Assembly: GCA_963805505.1 (NCBI GenBank)
Contig: CAWDUP010000004.1
Coordinates: 189,382 to 253,381 of the forward strand
Direction: 5' to 3'
DNA length: 64,000 nt
Source of the DNA: an uncultured Actinomycetota bacterium
Lineage (GTDB): Bacteria > Actinomycetota > Actinomycetes > DATJPE01
Of this stretch, positions 40,273-50,639 are shown in pieces. The notes below the pieces were generated by a model. It was not told where the DNA came from. It was given only the letters and a program-made list of their open reading frames with translations, and did not search any database. The position numbers and the translations under genes are program-made. The stretch's first letter is position 1; every line of letters starts with the position of its first letter.

Positions 40273-41019
40273 TCAGGCGCTGCTGTGACGTCGGGTGAAG
40301 TCGATGATCCGTGACCACGCATCGGAGCACGCAGCCTGGTGGTCAGCAAAGCTGCGGTCGAAGAAGGAGTGCGGAGCCCCGTCGTAGACATACCGCTCGC
40401 AGTCCAGACCGCGAGCCGATAGTCGGTCGATGAGGCCATCGAAGGAGGCGGGATCGATGTTGGCATCGGCACCAGCAAGCAGCACCAGCAACGGCGCGCC
40501 AACCGACTCCTGGACCTCTTCCACCGGCCCGACTCGACCGTAGAAGCCGATGGCCCCGGACAGCCCAGGTGTGTCGGCCGCCTGACGCCACGAGCTTCCC
40601 CCACCGAAGCAGAACCCAACGGTGAACAGCGAACGTACGTCGCCGCCTGCGCGCGATTGGAGGTGCGCGGCGGCAGCGGCTGTGTCTGCCGCGATACCCG
40701 CTGGGGTGGTCTGCTGCACATGCGGCATGTACTCGAACTCCTCGGACCGGTCGCCGCTCCCGGCGGTGCGCCCGAAGTAGTCGATCGCCGTGGCATGGAA
40801 GCCGGCCTCGGCGAAGCGGATCGCGAGGTCGCCGTAATAGGCGTGCAGGCCTCGGACATCCGGCAGGATCACCATGCCCACGTCCGACGCGCGGCCCGGG
40901 TGCGCCTCGTAGGCCATGAGCCGGTTGCCGTCAGCGGCATTGAGCTCGAGAGCGCCATGGCTGGACACTGGGCCGATCTCCGGCGGCGCCGGCGGCCTGC
41001 TCTCGTCGCTGTGGCACAT
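40273..41019 (-). CDS. dienelactone hydrolase family protein
   Basis: Alpha/beta hydrolase with a DLH-like core (GFCFGGG nucleophile elbow). Confidence 0.8.
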   Translation of the reverse strand: MCHSDESRPPAPPEIGPVSSHGALELNAADGNRLMAYEAHPGRASDVGMVILPDVRGLHAYYGDLAIRFAEAGFHATAIDYFGRTAGSGDRSEEFEYMPHVQQTTPAGIAADTAAAAAHLQSRAGGDVRSLFTVGFCFGGGSSWRQAADTPGLSGAIGFYGRVGPVEEVQESVGAPLLVLLAGADANIDPASFDGLIDRLSARGLDCERYVYDGAPHSFFDRSFADHQAACSDAWSRIIDFTRRHSSA

Positions 41020-41207
41020 GGCGAGGTGCTCCTCGAGGTCGCCGACCAAGACTCTCCGAGCCTACGACCGGCGATGTCACGTCGAACGACTGGGCCATGG
41101 GGAGTGGGGTGCCAGCATCGTTCTGGAGTGGTCGTCCGGGCAGCATCGCCTTGTCGGCGCCCCCGCTGACCCTCTGCGCAGATAGCTGCCGGACTAGGGT
41201 CGAGTTC

Positions 41208-41831
41208 ATGCACGAACACAAGGGCTTCGACGACGAGGCAGCGACCTGGGACGACGACCCCGGGCACGAGAGACGGCAGGCGGCGGTGGCCCGTGCCATC
41301 AAGGAGGCCGTAGACCTCAGCCCTCGGATGAACGCCCTCGACGTCGGTGGAGGGACGGGTCGGCTGAGCATCTTGCTCGCCGACCAGGTCGGTTCCGTCG
41401 TCGTGACCGACCCCTCGGCTGGAATGGTGCAGGTCGCCGGGGAACGGATCGAGGCAGCCGGTCTCAGTGACCGACTGCGCGCGGTCCGGGCGGACCTGAC
41501 GGTCGACCCTCTTGCGGGTGCCTATGACGTGGCGTGGAGCTCCATGGCGCTGCACCATGTGCACGACCTGGATGGGCTGCTGCGGTCCCTAGCGGGGCTG
41601 CTCGTCGACGGTGGTCGGTTGGCCATCGCGGACCTCGACGAGGATCCCGAGGGCGCCTTCCACGCCGACAAGGTCGACTTCGACGGGCATGACGGTTTCA
41701 ACAGGCAGCGGCTGGCCGAGCAGCTGGCCGCGGCCGGCTTCGTCGACATCGGCTTCGTCGACGCCACGAGCGTCCTCAAGGGCGACCGTGAGTTCGGCAT
41801 CTTCTTGTGCACGGCGACCAAGGGTGCATGA
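41208..41831 (+). CDS. class I SAM-dependent methyltransferase
   Basis: LDVGGGTGRLS motif I. The ATG at 41208 was chosen over the longer ORF. Confidence 0.75.
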   Translation: MHEHKGFDDEAATWDDDPGHERRQAAVARAIKEAVDLSPRMNALDVGGGTGRLSILLADQVGSVVVTDPSAGMVQVAGERIEAAGLSDRLRAVRADLTVDPLAGAYDVAWSSMALHHVHDLDGLLRSLAGLLVDGGRLAIADLDEDPEGAFHADKVDFDGHDGFNRQRLAEQLAAAGFVDIGFVDATSVLKGDREFGIFLCTATKGA

Positions 41832-41876
41832 GGCTGGCCGTCTGCAGACACCGATGACCCGAGGCGAAGGTTTCGG

Positions 41877-42464
41877 TCACGTCCGGGCGTCGGTTGGACC
41901 CATCCGGTAAAGGACGTGCCTTCGCCAGGCGTCACCGGGCTGCGCTCTGGGGTGGTCGAACTCCCCGTCGGGATGCATGCCGATCCGTTCCATGACGGCT
42001 CGCGAGGGGGCATTGGCCAACACGGTGAAGGAGACGATCTCTGGCAGGCCGACGACGTCGAAGCCGTACGCGACCGATGCTCGCGCCGCTTCGCTGGCAA
42101 CTCCGAGCCCCCACCACGTGGTCTGCAGACGCCAGCCCACCTCCACGACCGGATCCTTGTGCTCGAAGGGAACATCGAAGGTCGGGCGCTGCAGGCCGAC
42201 GAAGCCCGCGAAGGACGTTGCGCCGCGCTCGCTGTCGAGGACTTCGACGGCCCACAGGGTGTAGCCGACCTGCCGGTGCAAGTCCTGGAGGCGGTCGACG
42301 AAGGCGTCAGAGGCATCAGGTTCCATCAGCCCCGGGAAGTAACGCATCACCTCTGGATCGCGATTCATCTGCGCGAAGGGTTCCCGGTCACTGTCGCGCC
42401 ACCCGCGCAGCAGCAACCGCGCCGTCCGCAAAGTGCCGGGCTCAGTGAGCTCGTACGGATCCAT
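41877..42464 (-). CDS. GNAT family N-acetyltransferase
   Basis: RimL-like GNAT pattern (LLLRGWRDSD...VGWRL...GLG). Confidence 0.8.
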   Translation of the reverse strand: MDPYELTEPGTLRTARLLLRGWRDSDREPFAQMNRDPEVMRYFPGLMEPDASDAFVDRLQDLHRQVGYTLWAVEVLDSERGATSFAGFVGLQRPTFDVPFEHKDPVVEVGWRLQTTWWGLGVASEAARASVAYGFDVVGLPEIVSFTVLANAPSRAVMERIGMHPDGEFDHPRAQPGDAWRRHVLYRMGPTDART

Positions 42465-42569
42465 AGTCCCGCAGTCTTGCGGATCTCGACCGGACTCTCG
42501 GTGACTCCTGCGTCCTCAAGCGGCGAGGCGGCGGGATTTGCGAGGACAACGCCTTTCGGTTTTACTTGT

Positions 42570-43016
42570 ATGGTGCAAGCAACTATCCCCCGCGTCTCTG
42601 AGGCGAACCGCGCCCTTGCCGCCGCCCTGTTCGCGGTCGTCCAAGGCTCTCGCCACGCGGTGCAGGATCCAGTCGATCGCGTGACCGTCACGATGCTGGC
42701 CGACGTGGGTCGGCTCGGCCCGATCCGCCCGTCCGACCTCGCCGACCAGCTCCGGCTGGACCTGTCGACGGTGAGCCGGCACGTCACGGCGCTGGTCGAC
42801 AAGGGGTTTCTCGTTCGCAGCGCCCATCCCGACGATGCCCGCGCTCAGCAGCTAACCCTGACCGACGCGGGGCGGCACACCCTGGCGGAGATCCTCGACA
42901 ACCGAGCCGCGACGTTGGGTCGAGCCACCAAGCACTGGTCCTCCGCCGACCGCTCTCAGCTCAGCACCTTGCTCGAGCGCCTCGCCGACGACCTGAAAGT
43001 GGAAAACCACCGATGA
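42570..43016 (+). CDS. MarR family transcriptional regulator
   Basis: Winged HTH (PSDLADQLRLDLSTVSRHVTALVDKGFLVRSAHPDDARAQQLTLTDAG). Its stop overlaps the MFS start (ATGA). Confidence 0.8.
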   Translation: MVQATIPRVSEANRALAAALFAVVQGSRHAVQDPVDRVTVTMLADVGRLGPIRPSDLADQLRLDLSTVSRHVTALVDKGFLVRSAHPDDARAQQLTLTDAGRHTLAEILDNRAATLGRATKHWSSADRSQLSTLLERLADDLKVENHR

Positions 43017-44710
43017 GCAACAGCAATCCAAGCGCTACTCAGCCCGCCGGATCGCAGCTGAGCGCTCCAGGGGCCCTCAGCCACCGACAGATCATGATCG
43101 TGCTCACCGGCCTGATGACTGGCACGCTGCTGGCCTCGCTCGACCAGACCATCGTCTCGACCGCGCTGCCCACCATCGTCGGTGAGCTCGGCGGCATCGA
43201 CCACATCTCTTGGGTGGTCACGGCCTACCTGTTGGCGTCAACGGCGTCCACACCGCTTTACGGAAAGATCAGTGACATCTACGGCCGTCGGCCGGTCTAT
43301 CAGTTCGCGATCGTCGTCTTCTTGATCGGCTCGGTGCTTGCGGGTTTGTCGCAGGAGATGTGGCAGCTCGTAGGAGCCCGCGCCATCCAGGGCTTGGGGG
43401 GCGGCGGTTTGATGTCGCTGGCCTTCGCGATCATCGGCGACATCATCCCGCCTCGGGAGCGCGGTCGCTATCAGGGCTTGTTCGGCGCGGTCTTCGGCGT
43501 CTCCAGCATCGTGGGACCGCTGCTGGGAGGCTTCTTCGTCGACCAACTCACCTGGCGCTGGATCTTCTTCATCAACATCCCCCTCGGCATCCTTGCTCTG
43601 GTCGTCACCAGCTCGGTCCTGCGGCACCTGCACCACGTTCGTCGCGACCACCAGATCGACTACGTCGGAGCCGTACTCCTTGTCGGCGCCGTGTGCAGCT
43701 TGCTGTTCGCCCTCGTCCGCGGAAACGAGCTCGGATGGTCCTCGCCGTTCATCGTGTCGTTGCTCGTTGCCGCCGGCGTTCTCACCGCGATCTTCTTGTG
43801 GTGGGAGAGCAGGGTCGCCGAGCCGATCCTCCCCCTCGACCTCTTCCGGATCCCCACAGTCCGGGTCGGTGGTGGTGTCGGCTTCCTCGTCGGGTTCGCG
43901 ATGTTCGGAGCGATCGTCTACCTGCCGGTCTACCTGCAGATCGTCATGGGGGTGTCTCCGACCAAGTCCGGTCTCATGCTGCTGCCGCTGATGTTCGGCC
44001 TGCTCACTGCGTCGATCACCTCCGGTCGCATCATCACCAGAATCGGTCGGTACCGGATGTTCCCGATTCTGGGTACGGCGCTGCTCATCGTCGCCGTCGC
44101 TCTGCTCACCACCCTGAGCACGACGACGCCCTACCTGGTGTTGGCGTTGTTCCTCCTGGTCCTCGGCGTCGGGATCGGCTGCACCATGCAGGTCGTGGTC
44201 CTGGCCATCCAAAACGCCGTGGACCCCAAGCAGATGGGGGTGGCGACCTCCACGGCAACGTTCCTTCGCTCGATGGGTGGAACGTTCGGCACCGCCATCT
44301 TCGGCACGGTCTTGATCAGCACGCTCACATCGGAGCTGGCTTCGCGGATCCCCGCGGAGAACCTCGCTGGCATCGATCCCAGCAAGCTCACCGGCTCACC
44401 GCAGGTGATCCTGGCACTGCCCGACGTTCTTCGAGTTCCGGTGATCGACTCCTTCGTGCAGGCCCTCGATCAGGTCTTCCTCACGGCGGTGCCCGTGGCC
44501 ATCGCGGCGTTCCTGCTGGCGCTGTTCCTCAAGGAGCAGCGGCTGCGCGAGCGCGACGATGCGCCCCAGCAGCAGACGGCTCAGCCAGAGCTGGCGCTGG
44601 ACATTCCGGAGCCCACGGAGATCCCGATGTCTGAGGTGGCTGAGCTAGGGGACGCAACCGGGACCGACCGACCGGACGCTCAGCTACCCGAGGTCCCCTC
44701 CCGCCAATAG
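43013..44710 (+). CDS. MFS transporter, DHA2 (14-TMS drug:H+ antiporter) family
   Basis: TALPTIVGELGG, GKISDIYGRRP motifs; 565 aa. Confidence 0.9.
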   Translation: MSNSNPSATQPAGSQLSAPGALSHRQIMIVLTGLMTGTLLASLDQTIVSTALPTIVGELGGIDHISWVVTAYLLASTASTPLYGKISDIYGRRPVYQFAIVVFLIGSVLAGLSQEMWQLVGARAIQGLGGGGLMSLAFAIIGDIIPPRERGRYQGLFGAVFGVSSIVGPLLGGFFVDQLTWRWIFFINIPLGILALVVTSSVLRHLHHVRRDHQIDYVGAVLLVGAVCSLLFALVRGNELGWSSPFIVSLLVAAGVLTAIFLWWESRVAEPILPLDLFRIPTVRVGGGVGFLVGFAMFGAIVYLPVYLQIVMGVSPTKSGLMLLPLMFGLLTASITSGRIITRIGRYRMFPILGTALLIVAVALLTTLSTTTPYLVLALFLLVLGVGIGCTMQVVVLAIQNAVDPKQMGVATSTATFLRSMGGTFGTAIFGTVLISTLTSELASRIPAENLAGIDPSKLTGSPQVILALPDVLRVPVIDSFVQALDQVFLTAVPVAIAAFLLALFLKEQRLRERDDAPQQQTAQPELALDIPEPTEIPMSEVAELGDATGTDRPDAQLPEVPSRQ

Positions 44711-45642
44711 CCAGGCACCAGAAGCAGGGCCGCGGCACCGACAAGCCCGGCAGCGCCACCAAGCTCGGCCGTGGCAAGGGTGAGTCCGGCCAGGTAGGGC
44801 AGCCGAGCGTGCTCGGCCAGAGCGGCTCGCGCCGGATCGATCAGCAGCGACCCGGCTTCGGCCAACCCGCCGCCGATGACGAACCTGGACACATCGAGCA
44901 GCGCCGCCGCCGAGGCCAGTGCCACACCCACGGCGCGCCCGGAACGGGCGAGGGCGGCGCGAGCCAGCTCATCCCCTGCACGTGCGGACTCGGTGAGGGT
45001 CACTCCGGAAGCGCCGACGCCGGTCGGAGGCTTCCAGCCCTGTGACGTCGCCCAGGTGACGGAGGCGGGACCGCTCGCAACGGCTTCCAGGCAGCCCCGT
45101 CCACCACACGCGCAGTGCGGTCCTTCGGGATCGACCACGATGTGACCCAGATGGCCGGCGTTCCCGGTCACACCGTCCACGATCTTCCCGCCGAGGACGA
45201 TCGCGCCACCGACGCCGGTAGACACCACGAGCCCGACCATGTCTGGATGCCCACGACCGGCCCCGAGCCAGTGTTCGCCCGCCGCGAAGCAAACCGCGTC
45301 GTTGTGCACGCGGGCCGGGACCCCCGGATAGCTCTGCGCAAGCCGTTCTCGGAGCGGGAACTCGCGCCACCCAGGGATGTTGAGCGGTGACACGACTCCT
45401 TCCGGCCACCGCATCGGGCCTCCACAGCCGACTCCGACTCCCGCGATCTCGGCAGAGCCACGCACCCGCTCCAGCAGGTCGTGAACCGTTCCCCACAGGA
45501 CCTCAGCATCAGCGTCGCCCCGTGGGGTCGCGGCACGTACGGCGTCCACGATCTCGCCGCTTGGCGTGACCAAGCCGGCGGCCAGCTTGGTGCCCCCGAT
45601 GTCGAGCGCCAGGACCGTCCCGACCACCGGTGGCTCGCTCAT
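44680..45642 (-). CDS. ROK family sugar kinase (glucokinase-like)
   Basis: LALDIGGTKLAAGLV, the HCACGGRGCLE zinc motif, and DXGXT-like elements. Confidence 0.85.
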   Translation of the reverse strand: MSEPPVVGTVLALDIGGTKLAAGLVTPSGEIVDAVRAATPRGDADAEVLWGTVHDLLERVRGSAEIAGVGVGCGGPMRWPEGVVSPLNIPGWREFPLRERLAQSYPGVPARVHNDAVCFAAGEHWLGAGRGHPDMVGLVVSTGVGGAIVLGGKIVDGVTGNAGHLGHIVVDPEGPHCACGGRGCLEAVASGPASVTWATSQGWKPPTGVGASGVTLTESARAGDELARAALARSGRAVGVALASAAALLDVSRFVIGGGLAEAGSLLIDPARAALAEHARLPYLAGLTLATAELGGAAGLVGAAALLLVPGYWREGTSGS

Positions 45643-46817
45643 GGGTTGGGACTCGGCGCGGACCCGAGCACCAGAATGGTCGCAGTGAAGGCGTGCAGAT
45701 GGTTGCGATCGCCGACCGGTCCGATCTCCCCGTTGGCGAAGAACCCAGCAACTCGACGGGTACCGAGACCCGCTCGTACAGTCAGCACGTCGTGATCCGC
45801 AGCGCCGAACAGCGCCTCGCCTCTGTTGTTGCAGGAGAACAGCAGGGCACCGGCAGCATCAAGTTCAGCTGTTGCACGAAACCGGGCCAAGGAGCCGAGC
45901 AGGTCACTTGAGGCCGCCTCGGCATCGCGGACGTGAAAGCGCACGGTCTGCCCCACCGCAACCACATCGCCCACGGCAACTGCGCCGCGTGAGTCATCCG
46001 CGCCGACGAGACCCCGGACCAGAAAATCTCCCTGGCCGTGCTCCTCCGCATAGTCATCCATGGCGATCCCGAGCTGCAGTCCACCAGCAGCACGAGCCTG
46101 ATCCTCGGGCTCGAGCTCGGCCACGACCTCCCGAAGCTTGTCGAGAGCCGGTCGACCGGCGAGGCCGAGCAGCAGGTTGCCCTCGCTCGCGGTGACAGTC
46201 ATCGTCGGCCCGACCGGTCGACACCCCTGACTCACCAAGGTCCGCGCCGAGGCGGCTCCGGAGATCAGGATGCCCACGCCCCCTCGATTCACCACCCGCC
46301 CGTCCACCATCAACCGCGTCCCGCCCGCCCCGGACAGCCCGGTGGCCACTCCCCCGACCAGCGGCAAGCCAGGCAGCGTCTCGTTGCTACGACTCACGAA
46401 CCCGTCGACCGGAAAGGTCCACGGGTCCACGAGGAGCATCCCGACCGTGGCGTCGTCCACCGGGGGCATTCCCACAACGGTCATGGCGGTGTCGCTGCGC
46501 AGCACCTCGAGGTGGAACGAGCGCAACCGCAGCTCCGGTGCGGCCGCCAACCACACCGCCACCGCGGGTTGGCCCTCGACGGCCTGACCAGCACCGAGGA
46601 CTCCGTCCGCCGAGCAACCCACCACCGTCGCGGCGCCGCACCGCTGCGCGGCTTGGGCCAGGGCCTCACCGGCGTCGTCCGGCTCCATCCCGCTCACGAA
46701 CACGCAGGCCAAGTTCGGTGGGTGACCAGCCAGCGGGAGAAGTGCCTCGGTGACGGCAAGCTCGACCGCACGCTCGGGGCTTACCCCGACCGCGAGACCG
46801 TCCCCGCACCGCACCAC
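45639..46817 (-). CDS. FIST (N and C) domain signal-sensor protein
   Basis: About 390 aa and FIST-like throughout; the start is uncertain (GTG near 46817). Confidence 0.65.
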   Translation of the reverse strand: MVRCGDGLAVGVSPERAVELAVTEALLPLAGHPPNLACVFVSGMEPDDAGEALAQAAQRCGAATVVGCSADGVLGAGQAVEGQPAVAVWLAAAPELRLRSFHLEVLRSDTAMTVVGMPPVDDATVGMLLVDPWTFPVDGFVSRSNETLPGLPLVGGVATGLSGAGGTRLMVDGRVVNRGGVGILISGAASARTLVSQGCRPVGPTMTVTASEGNLLLGLAGRPALDKLREVVAELEPEDQARAAGGLQLGIAMDDYAEEHGQGDFLVRGLVGADDSRGAVAVGDVVAVGQTVRFHVRDAEAASSDLLGSLARFRATAELDAAGALLFSCNNRGEALFGAADHDVLTVRAGLGTRRVAGFFANGEIGPVGDRNHLHAFTATILVLGSAPSPNP

Positions 46818-46887
46818 GCGGCTATCCAACCCCCTGGACCTGGTGCCGGCTGATGCGGGTTGGACGCCGGAGACGTACGTTCGTGAC

Positions 46888-48318
46888 GTGACTTCTTTCA
46901 ACACCCCAGTCCAGGGTGGATCCTCGACGCCACCTGCCGACCTACCTGCGACGCTCGGCGACCTGCGCGCGAGCGGTCACGAGCACCAACCCGTGAAGGC
47001 GGAGATTCGCGCGAACCTGATTTCTCGACTCGCCGCGGGGATGGATCCGTTCCCCGGCATCGTCGGGTTCGACGCGACCGTGCGGCCCGATCTCGAGCGT
47101 GCGCTGCTGGCGGGCCACGACGTCGTCCTGCTCGGGGAACGCGGCCAGGGCAAGACCCGGCTGATCCGCTCGTTGGTGGGACTGCTCGACTCGTGGACCC
47201 CGGTTCTTGCTGGATCCGAGCTCAACGAGCACCCGTACACCCCGATCACCGCGTGGGGACGACGCCAGGTTGCCGAGCACGGCGAGCGGACGCCCATCGA
47301 CTGGTTGGCCGCCGACGACCGCTACGGAGAGAAGCTGGCCACGCCGGACACGAGTGTTGGCGACCTCATCGGGGACGTCGACCCGATCAAGGTTGCGGAG
47401 GGTCGGACCCTGGGGGACCCGGAGACCATCCACTACGGGCTGGTCCCCCGCACCAATCGCGGCATCTTCGCAGTCAACGAGCTGCCTGACCTCGCCGAAC
47501 GCATCCAGGTGTCGCTGCTCAATGTGCTGGAGGAGCGCGACATCCAGGTACGCGGCTACCGGCTGCGGCTGCCCCTCGACCTGTTGCTCGTGGCCAGCGC
47601 CAACCCGGAGGACTACACCAACCGGGGTCGCATCATCACCCCGCTCAAGGACCGGTTCGGCGCAGAGATCCGCACGCACTATCCGCTGCGGCTTGCTGAC
47701 GAAACCCGGTTGGTTCGCCAAGAGGCCACCCTCGTGGCCACGGTTCCCGAGCACCTGGTCGAGGTGATCGGGCGTTTCACTCGAGCCGTCAGAGAATCCC
47801 CGGCCGTAGACGCGAGATCCGGAGTTTCCGCACGATTCGCGGTCGCTGCCACCGAGACTGTCGCGGCCTCAGCATTGCGGAGGGCGGCCATCACCGGCGA
47901 AGCCCCGGCCGTCGCTCGAGTTTGCGACCTGCCGTCGGTGGTCGCCACGATCCGCGGGAAGGTCGAGTTCGAGGTCAGTGAAGAGGGCCGCGAGATCGAG
48001 GTGCTGGAGCACCTGCTGCGGCGCGCCGTCGCGGAGACATTCCGCGCCCGGCTGGGCGGTGCAGACCTGAACGCACTGACCGCAAGGTTCGAGGATGGCG
48101 GGAGTGTCGAGAGCGGCGACCTCGTCACCGCCGAGGAGCTGCTCAACCGGCTCGGGCCGGTCGAAGGTCTTGGTGCCCTGGTGACGCGTATCGGCGAGGA
48201 CTCGCCCGAGCCAGGCGTCGTGGCAGCCGCCGTCGAGCTCGCCCTCGAGGGTCTCTACCTCAATCGGCGCATCTCCAAAGACAGCATTCCCGGTCGCAGC
48301 GTCTACGGCGGAGGCTGA
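46888..48318 (+). CDS. ChlI/BchI-like AAA+ ATPase (Mg-chelatase family, non-photosynthetic)
   Basis: GERGQGKTRL Walker A and LLVASANPEDYTNRGRIITPLKDRFG, as in ChlI. GTG at 46888. Confidence 0.8.
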   Translation: MTSFNTPVQGGSSTPPADLPATLGDLRASGHEHQPVKAEIRANLISRLAAGMDPFPGIVGFDATVRPDLERALLAGHDVVLLGERGQGKTRLIRSLVGLLDSWTPVLAGSELNEHPYTPITAWGRRQVAEHGERTPIDWLAADDRYGEKLATPDTSVGDLIGDVDPIKVAEGRTLGDPETIHYGLVPRTNRGIFAVNELPDLAERIQVSLLNVLEERDIQVRGYRLRLPLDLLLVASANPEDYTNRGRIITPLKDRFGAEIRTHYPLRLADETRLVRQEATLVATVPEHLVEVIGRFTRAVRESPAVDARSGVSARFAVAATETVAASALRRAAITGEAPAVARVCDLPSVVATIRGKVEFEVSEEGREIEVLEHLLRRAVAETFRARLGGADLNALTARFEDGGSVESGDLVTAEELLNRLGPVEGLGALVTRIGEDSPEPGVVAAAVELALEGLYLNRRISKDSIPGRSVYGGG

Positions 48319-48327
48319 GGCTCGCCG

Positions 48328-50289
48328 ATGCACGACTACCGGTACGGCCCCTACGACGACGGTCCCGACCCGCTCGCGGCGCCCTACGACGTCGCCGAAG
48401 CCGTCGACGCGTTGGGCGAGGAGGTGCTGGCCGGAGCTTCGGCGGGCGAGGCGTTGCGCGAGCTGCTGGATCGAGGGACGGACCGGCTGCGCGGGTTGGA
48501 TGCCCTGCGGAGACGTACGCAACAACGCCTCCGCGAGGTCAGGGAGCGCGGCGCGCTGGGCGGAACGCTCGAGGAGGTCCGCGAGCTGCTCGACGAAGCC
48601 GTGAGACAGGAGCAGGCTGCACTGTTCCCCGACCCCTCCGACGACGCGCGCTGGCGTGAGCAGCAGCTGGACGCTCTCCCCACCTCGACCGCCCGAGCCG
48701 TGCAGGAGCTGTCGAGCTACGACTGGCGATCGGCTGAGGCCCGGGCAACCTACGAGCAGATCGGCGAGCTGCTTCGGGCCGAGGTTCTCGACCAGCAGTT
48801 CCGTGGAATGAAGGCTGCCCTGGAGTCTCCTGATCCTGAGGCCATGGCGCGCATCAAGGACATGCTGGCCGATCTCAACGCCATGCTCGCGAAGGACTCT
48901 CGTGGTGAGGACACATCCGAGGACTTCGAACGGTTCATGCAGTCCTACGGCGACTTCTTCCCCGATGACCCGCAAACCCTGGAAGAGCTCATCGACTCAT
49001 TGGCCCGGCGCGCCGCAGCGGCGGAGCGGATGATGGCATCGCTGACCCCCGATCAGCGCGCTGAGCTGGCAGCACTCATGGAGCAGTCGATGGGCGACCT
49101 CGACCTGTCCGCACAGCTGGCTCAGCTCGGTGATCAGCTGGCCGAGCGCCGCCCGGACCTCGACCGCAGCTCTCGTGCCCGGATGCGCGGAGACGAACCG
49201 CTTGGGCTCGGCGACGGAACATCAGCACTTGAAGAACTGGCCGATCTCGAAGCACTCGAAGGATCGTTGGCCCAGGACTACAACGGTGCGTCGCTCGCCG
49301 ACGTGGACGAGGATGCCGTGCGCCGCGCCTTGGGTCGGCAGGCCGTCGACGATCTCGACGAGTTGCGCCGGGTCGAGCGGGAGCTGGAGGCCCAGGGATA
49401 CCTCGTCCGCCGATCCGGCGAGCTCGAGCTGACCGCCAAGGCTGTCCGCCGCCTCGGCCGTACCGCCTTGACCAAGGTCTTCGCCTCCCTGTCGGCCGGC
49501 TATCGCGGCGCGCACGACGTCCGCTCAGCCGGTGCCTCGGGTGACCTGACCGGCGCCACGCGGGCCTGGCGCTTCGGAGATGAGCAACCTCTCGACGTCG
49601 TACGAACTCTGTCGAACGCAGTTCTACGAAACCGAACCCGGGGTTCCGGTCAGGCCATCCGGCTGGCCGTCGACGACTTCGAGGTTCGCGAGACCGAGAG
49701 GCGTACGTCTGCCGCGGTGTGTCTGCTGGTCGACGTGTCCTACTCCATGGTGCTCAACGGCACCTGGGGCTCGGCCAAGCAGACCGCTCTCGCCCTGCAC
49801 ACCTTGGTGTCGACGGCCTACCCGCAGGATGCTCTGCAGGTCATCGGATTCTCCGACTATGCGCGCGAGCTTCAGCCCACCGAACTTGCCGGTCTCGACT
49901 GGGACATGGTGCAGGGCACCAACCTCCAGCACGCCTTGCTGATGGCGGGACGGTTCGTCGACCGCCACCCCGACTTCGAACCCGTTGTTCTGGTCGTGAC
50001 GGATGGGGAACCCACGGCGCACCTCACCCGGGATGGGCGCTCGTTCTTCGACTGGCCACCTGCGCCCGAGACCCTCGAGCTGACGCTGGCAGAGGTGGAC
50101 AAGATGACTCGCCGCGGGGCAACTCTCAACATCTTCATGCTCGGCGACGAGGAACGTCTTCGACGTTTCGTGGAGGAAGTCGCCCGGCGCAACGGCGGTC
50201 GGGTGTTCAACCCCGATGCCGGTCGCCTCGGCGACTACGTCGTGAGTGACTTCCTGAGGTCCCGCCAGGCGATCGGCCGGCGAACTTAG
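48328..50289 (+). CDS. VWA domain-containing protein (ChlD-like partner of the AAA ATPase)
   Basis: C-terminal VWA with a MIDAS-like segment (CLLVDVSYSMVLNGTWG) and a long acidic coiled-coil N-terminus. It starts 10 bp after the ATPase gene. Confidence 0.8.
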   Translation: MHDYRYGPYDDGPDPLAAPYDVAEAVDALGEEVLAGASAGEALRELLDRGTDRLRGLDALRRRTQQRLREVRERGALGGTLEEVRELLDEAVRQEQAALFPDPSDDARWREQQLDALPTSTARAVQELSSYDWRSAEARATYEQIGELLRAEVLDQQFRGMKAALESPDPEAMARIKDMLADLNAMLAKDSRGEDTSEDFERFMQSYGDFFPDDPQTLEELIDSLARRAAAAERMMASLTPDQRAELAALMEQSMGDLDLSAQLAQLGDQLAERRPDLDRSSRARMRGDEPLGLGDGTSALEELADLEALEGSLAQDYNGASLADVDEDAVRRALGRQAVDDLDELRRVERELEAQGYLVRRSGELELTAKAVRRLGRTALTKVFASLSAGYRGAHDVRSAGASGDLTGATRAWRFGDEQPLDVVRTLSNAVLRNRTRGSGQAIRLAVDDFEVRETERRTSAAVCLLVDVSYSMVLNGTWGSAKQTALALHTLVSTAYPQDALQVIGFSDYARELQPTELAGLDWDMVQGTNLQHALLMAGRFVDRHPDFEPVVLVVTDGEPTAHLTRDGRSFFDWPPAPETLELTLAEVDKMTRRGATLNIFMLGDEERLRRFVEEVARRNGGRVFNPDAGRLGDYVVSDFLRSRQAIGRRT

Positions 50290-50639
50290 TAGTGGCCGCC
50301 GGACGGTAGACCTGCTGCTGTGCGACTGCCATGCCGCCCTCGGCGGCGCGCGAGGATGGTCCGCCGCGCCAGGACCAACCAACACGCGATCGCACCCGCG
50401 GACAGCAACGCCGGGATCCAATGGCCGAGCAGCAGTGAAGCAGCTACGGCGCAGGCAAAAGCCGTCAGGTTCGCCGCCACGTCGTAGACGGGCGCGATGA
50501 AACCTCTGTTGACCACGTGCGCAACCGCGATCAACAAGCCGCACGTGAAAGTAACGGACAACAGGAAACCCACCACGGACCTAGTTTCCCCGTTGCTGGA
50601 GTCGTCAACACTCCGGGTGTCGGTTGCGCCCCGTGCCAT
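50286..50639 (-). CDS. small hypothetical membrane protein (about 117 aa, 3 TM)
   Basis: ATG at 50639. Hydrophobic helices (VVGFLLSVTFTCGLLIAVAHVV, LTAFACAVAASLLLGHWIPALL) fill an otherwise empty 400-bp gap. Confidence 0.3.
   Translation of the reverse strand: MARGATDTRSVDDSSNGETRSVVGFLLSVTFTCGLLIAVAHVVNRGFIAPVYDVAANLTAFACAVAASLLLGHWIPALLSAGAIACWLVLARRTILARRRGRHGSRTAAGLPSGGHY

Noticed and set aside
42464-42570. MarR operator CTTGtatggtgCAAG in the GNAT-MarR divergent region
   Set aside because: Only 4-bp arms match, which is too weak to call.
41916-43016. 366-aa ORF spanning the GNAT gene antisense and continuing into the MarR regulator
   Set aside because: Only the last 148 codons, from ATG 42570, have MarR features. 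The upstream part is antisense to the GNAT gene.
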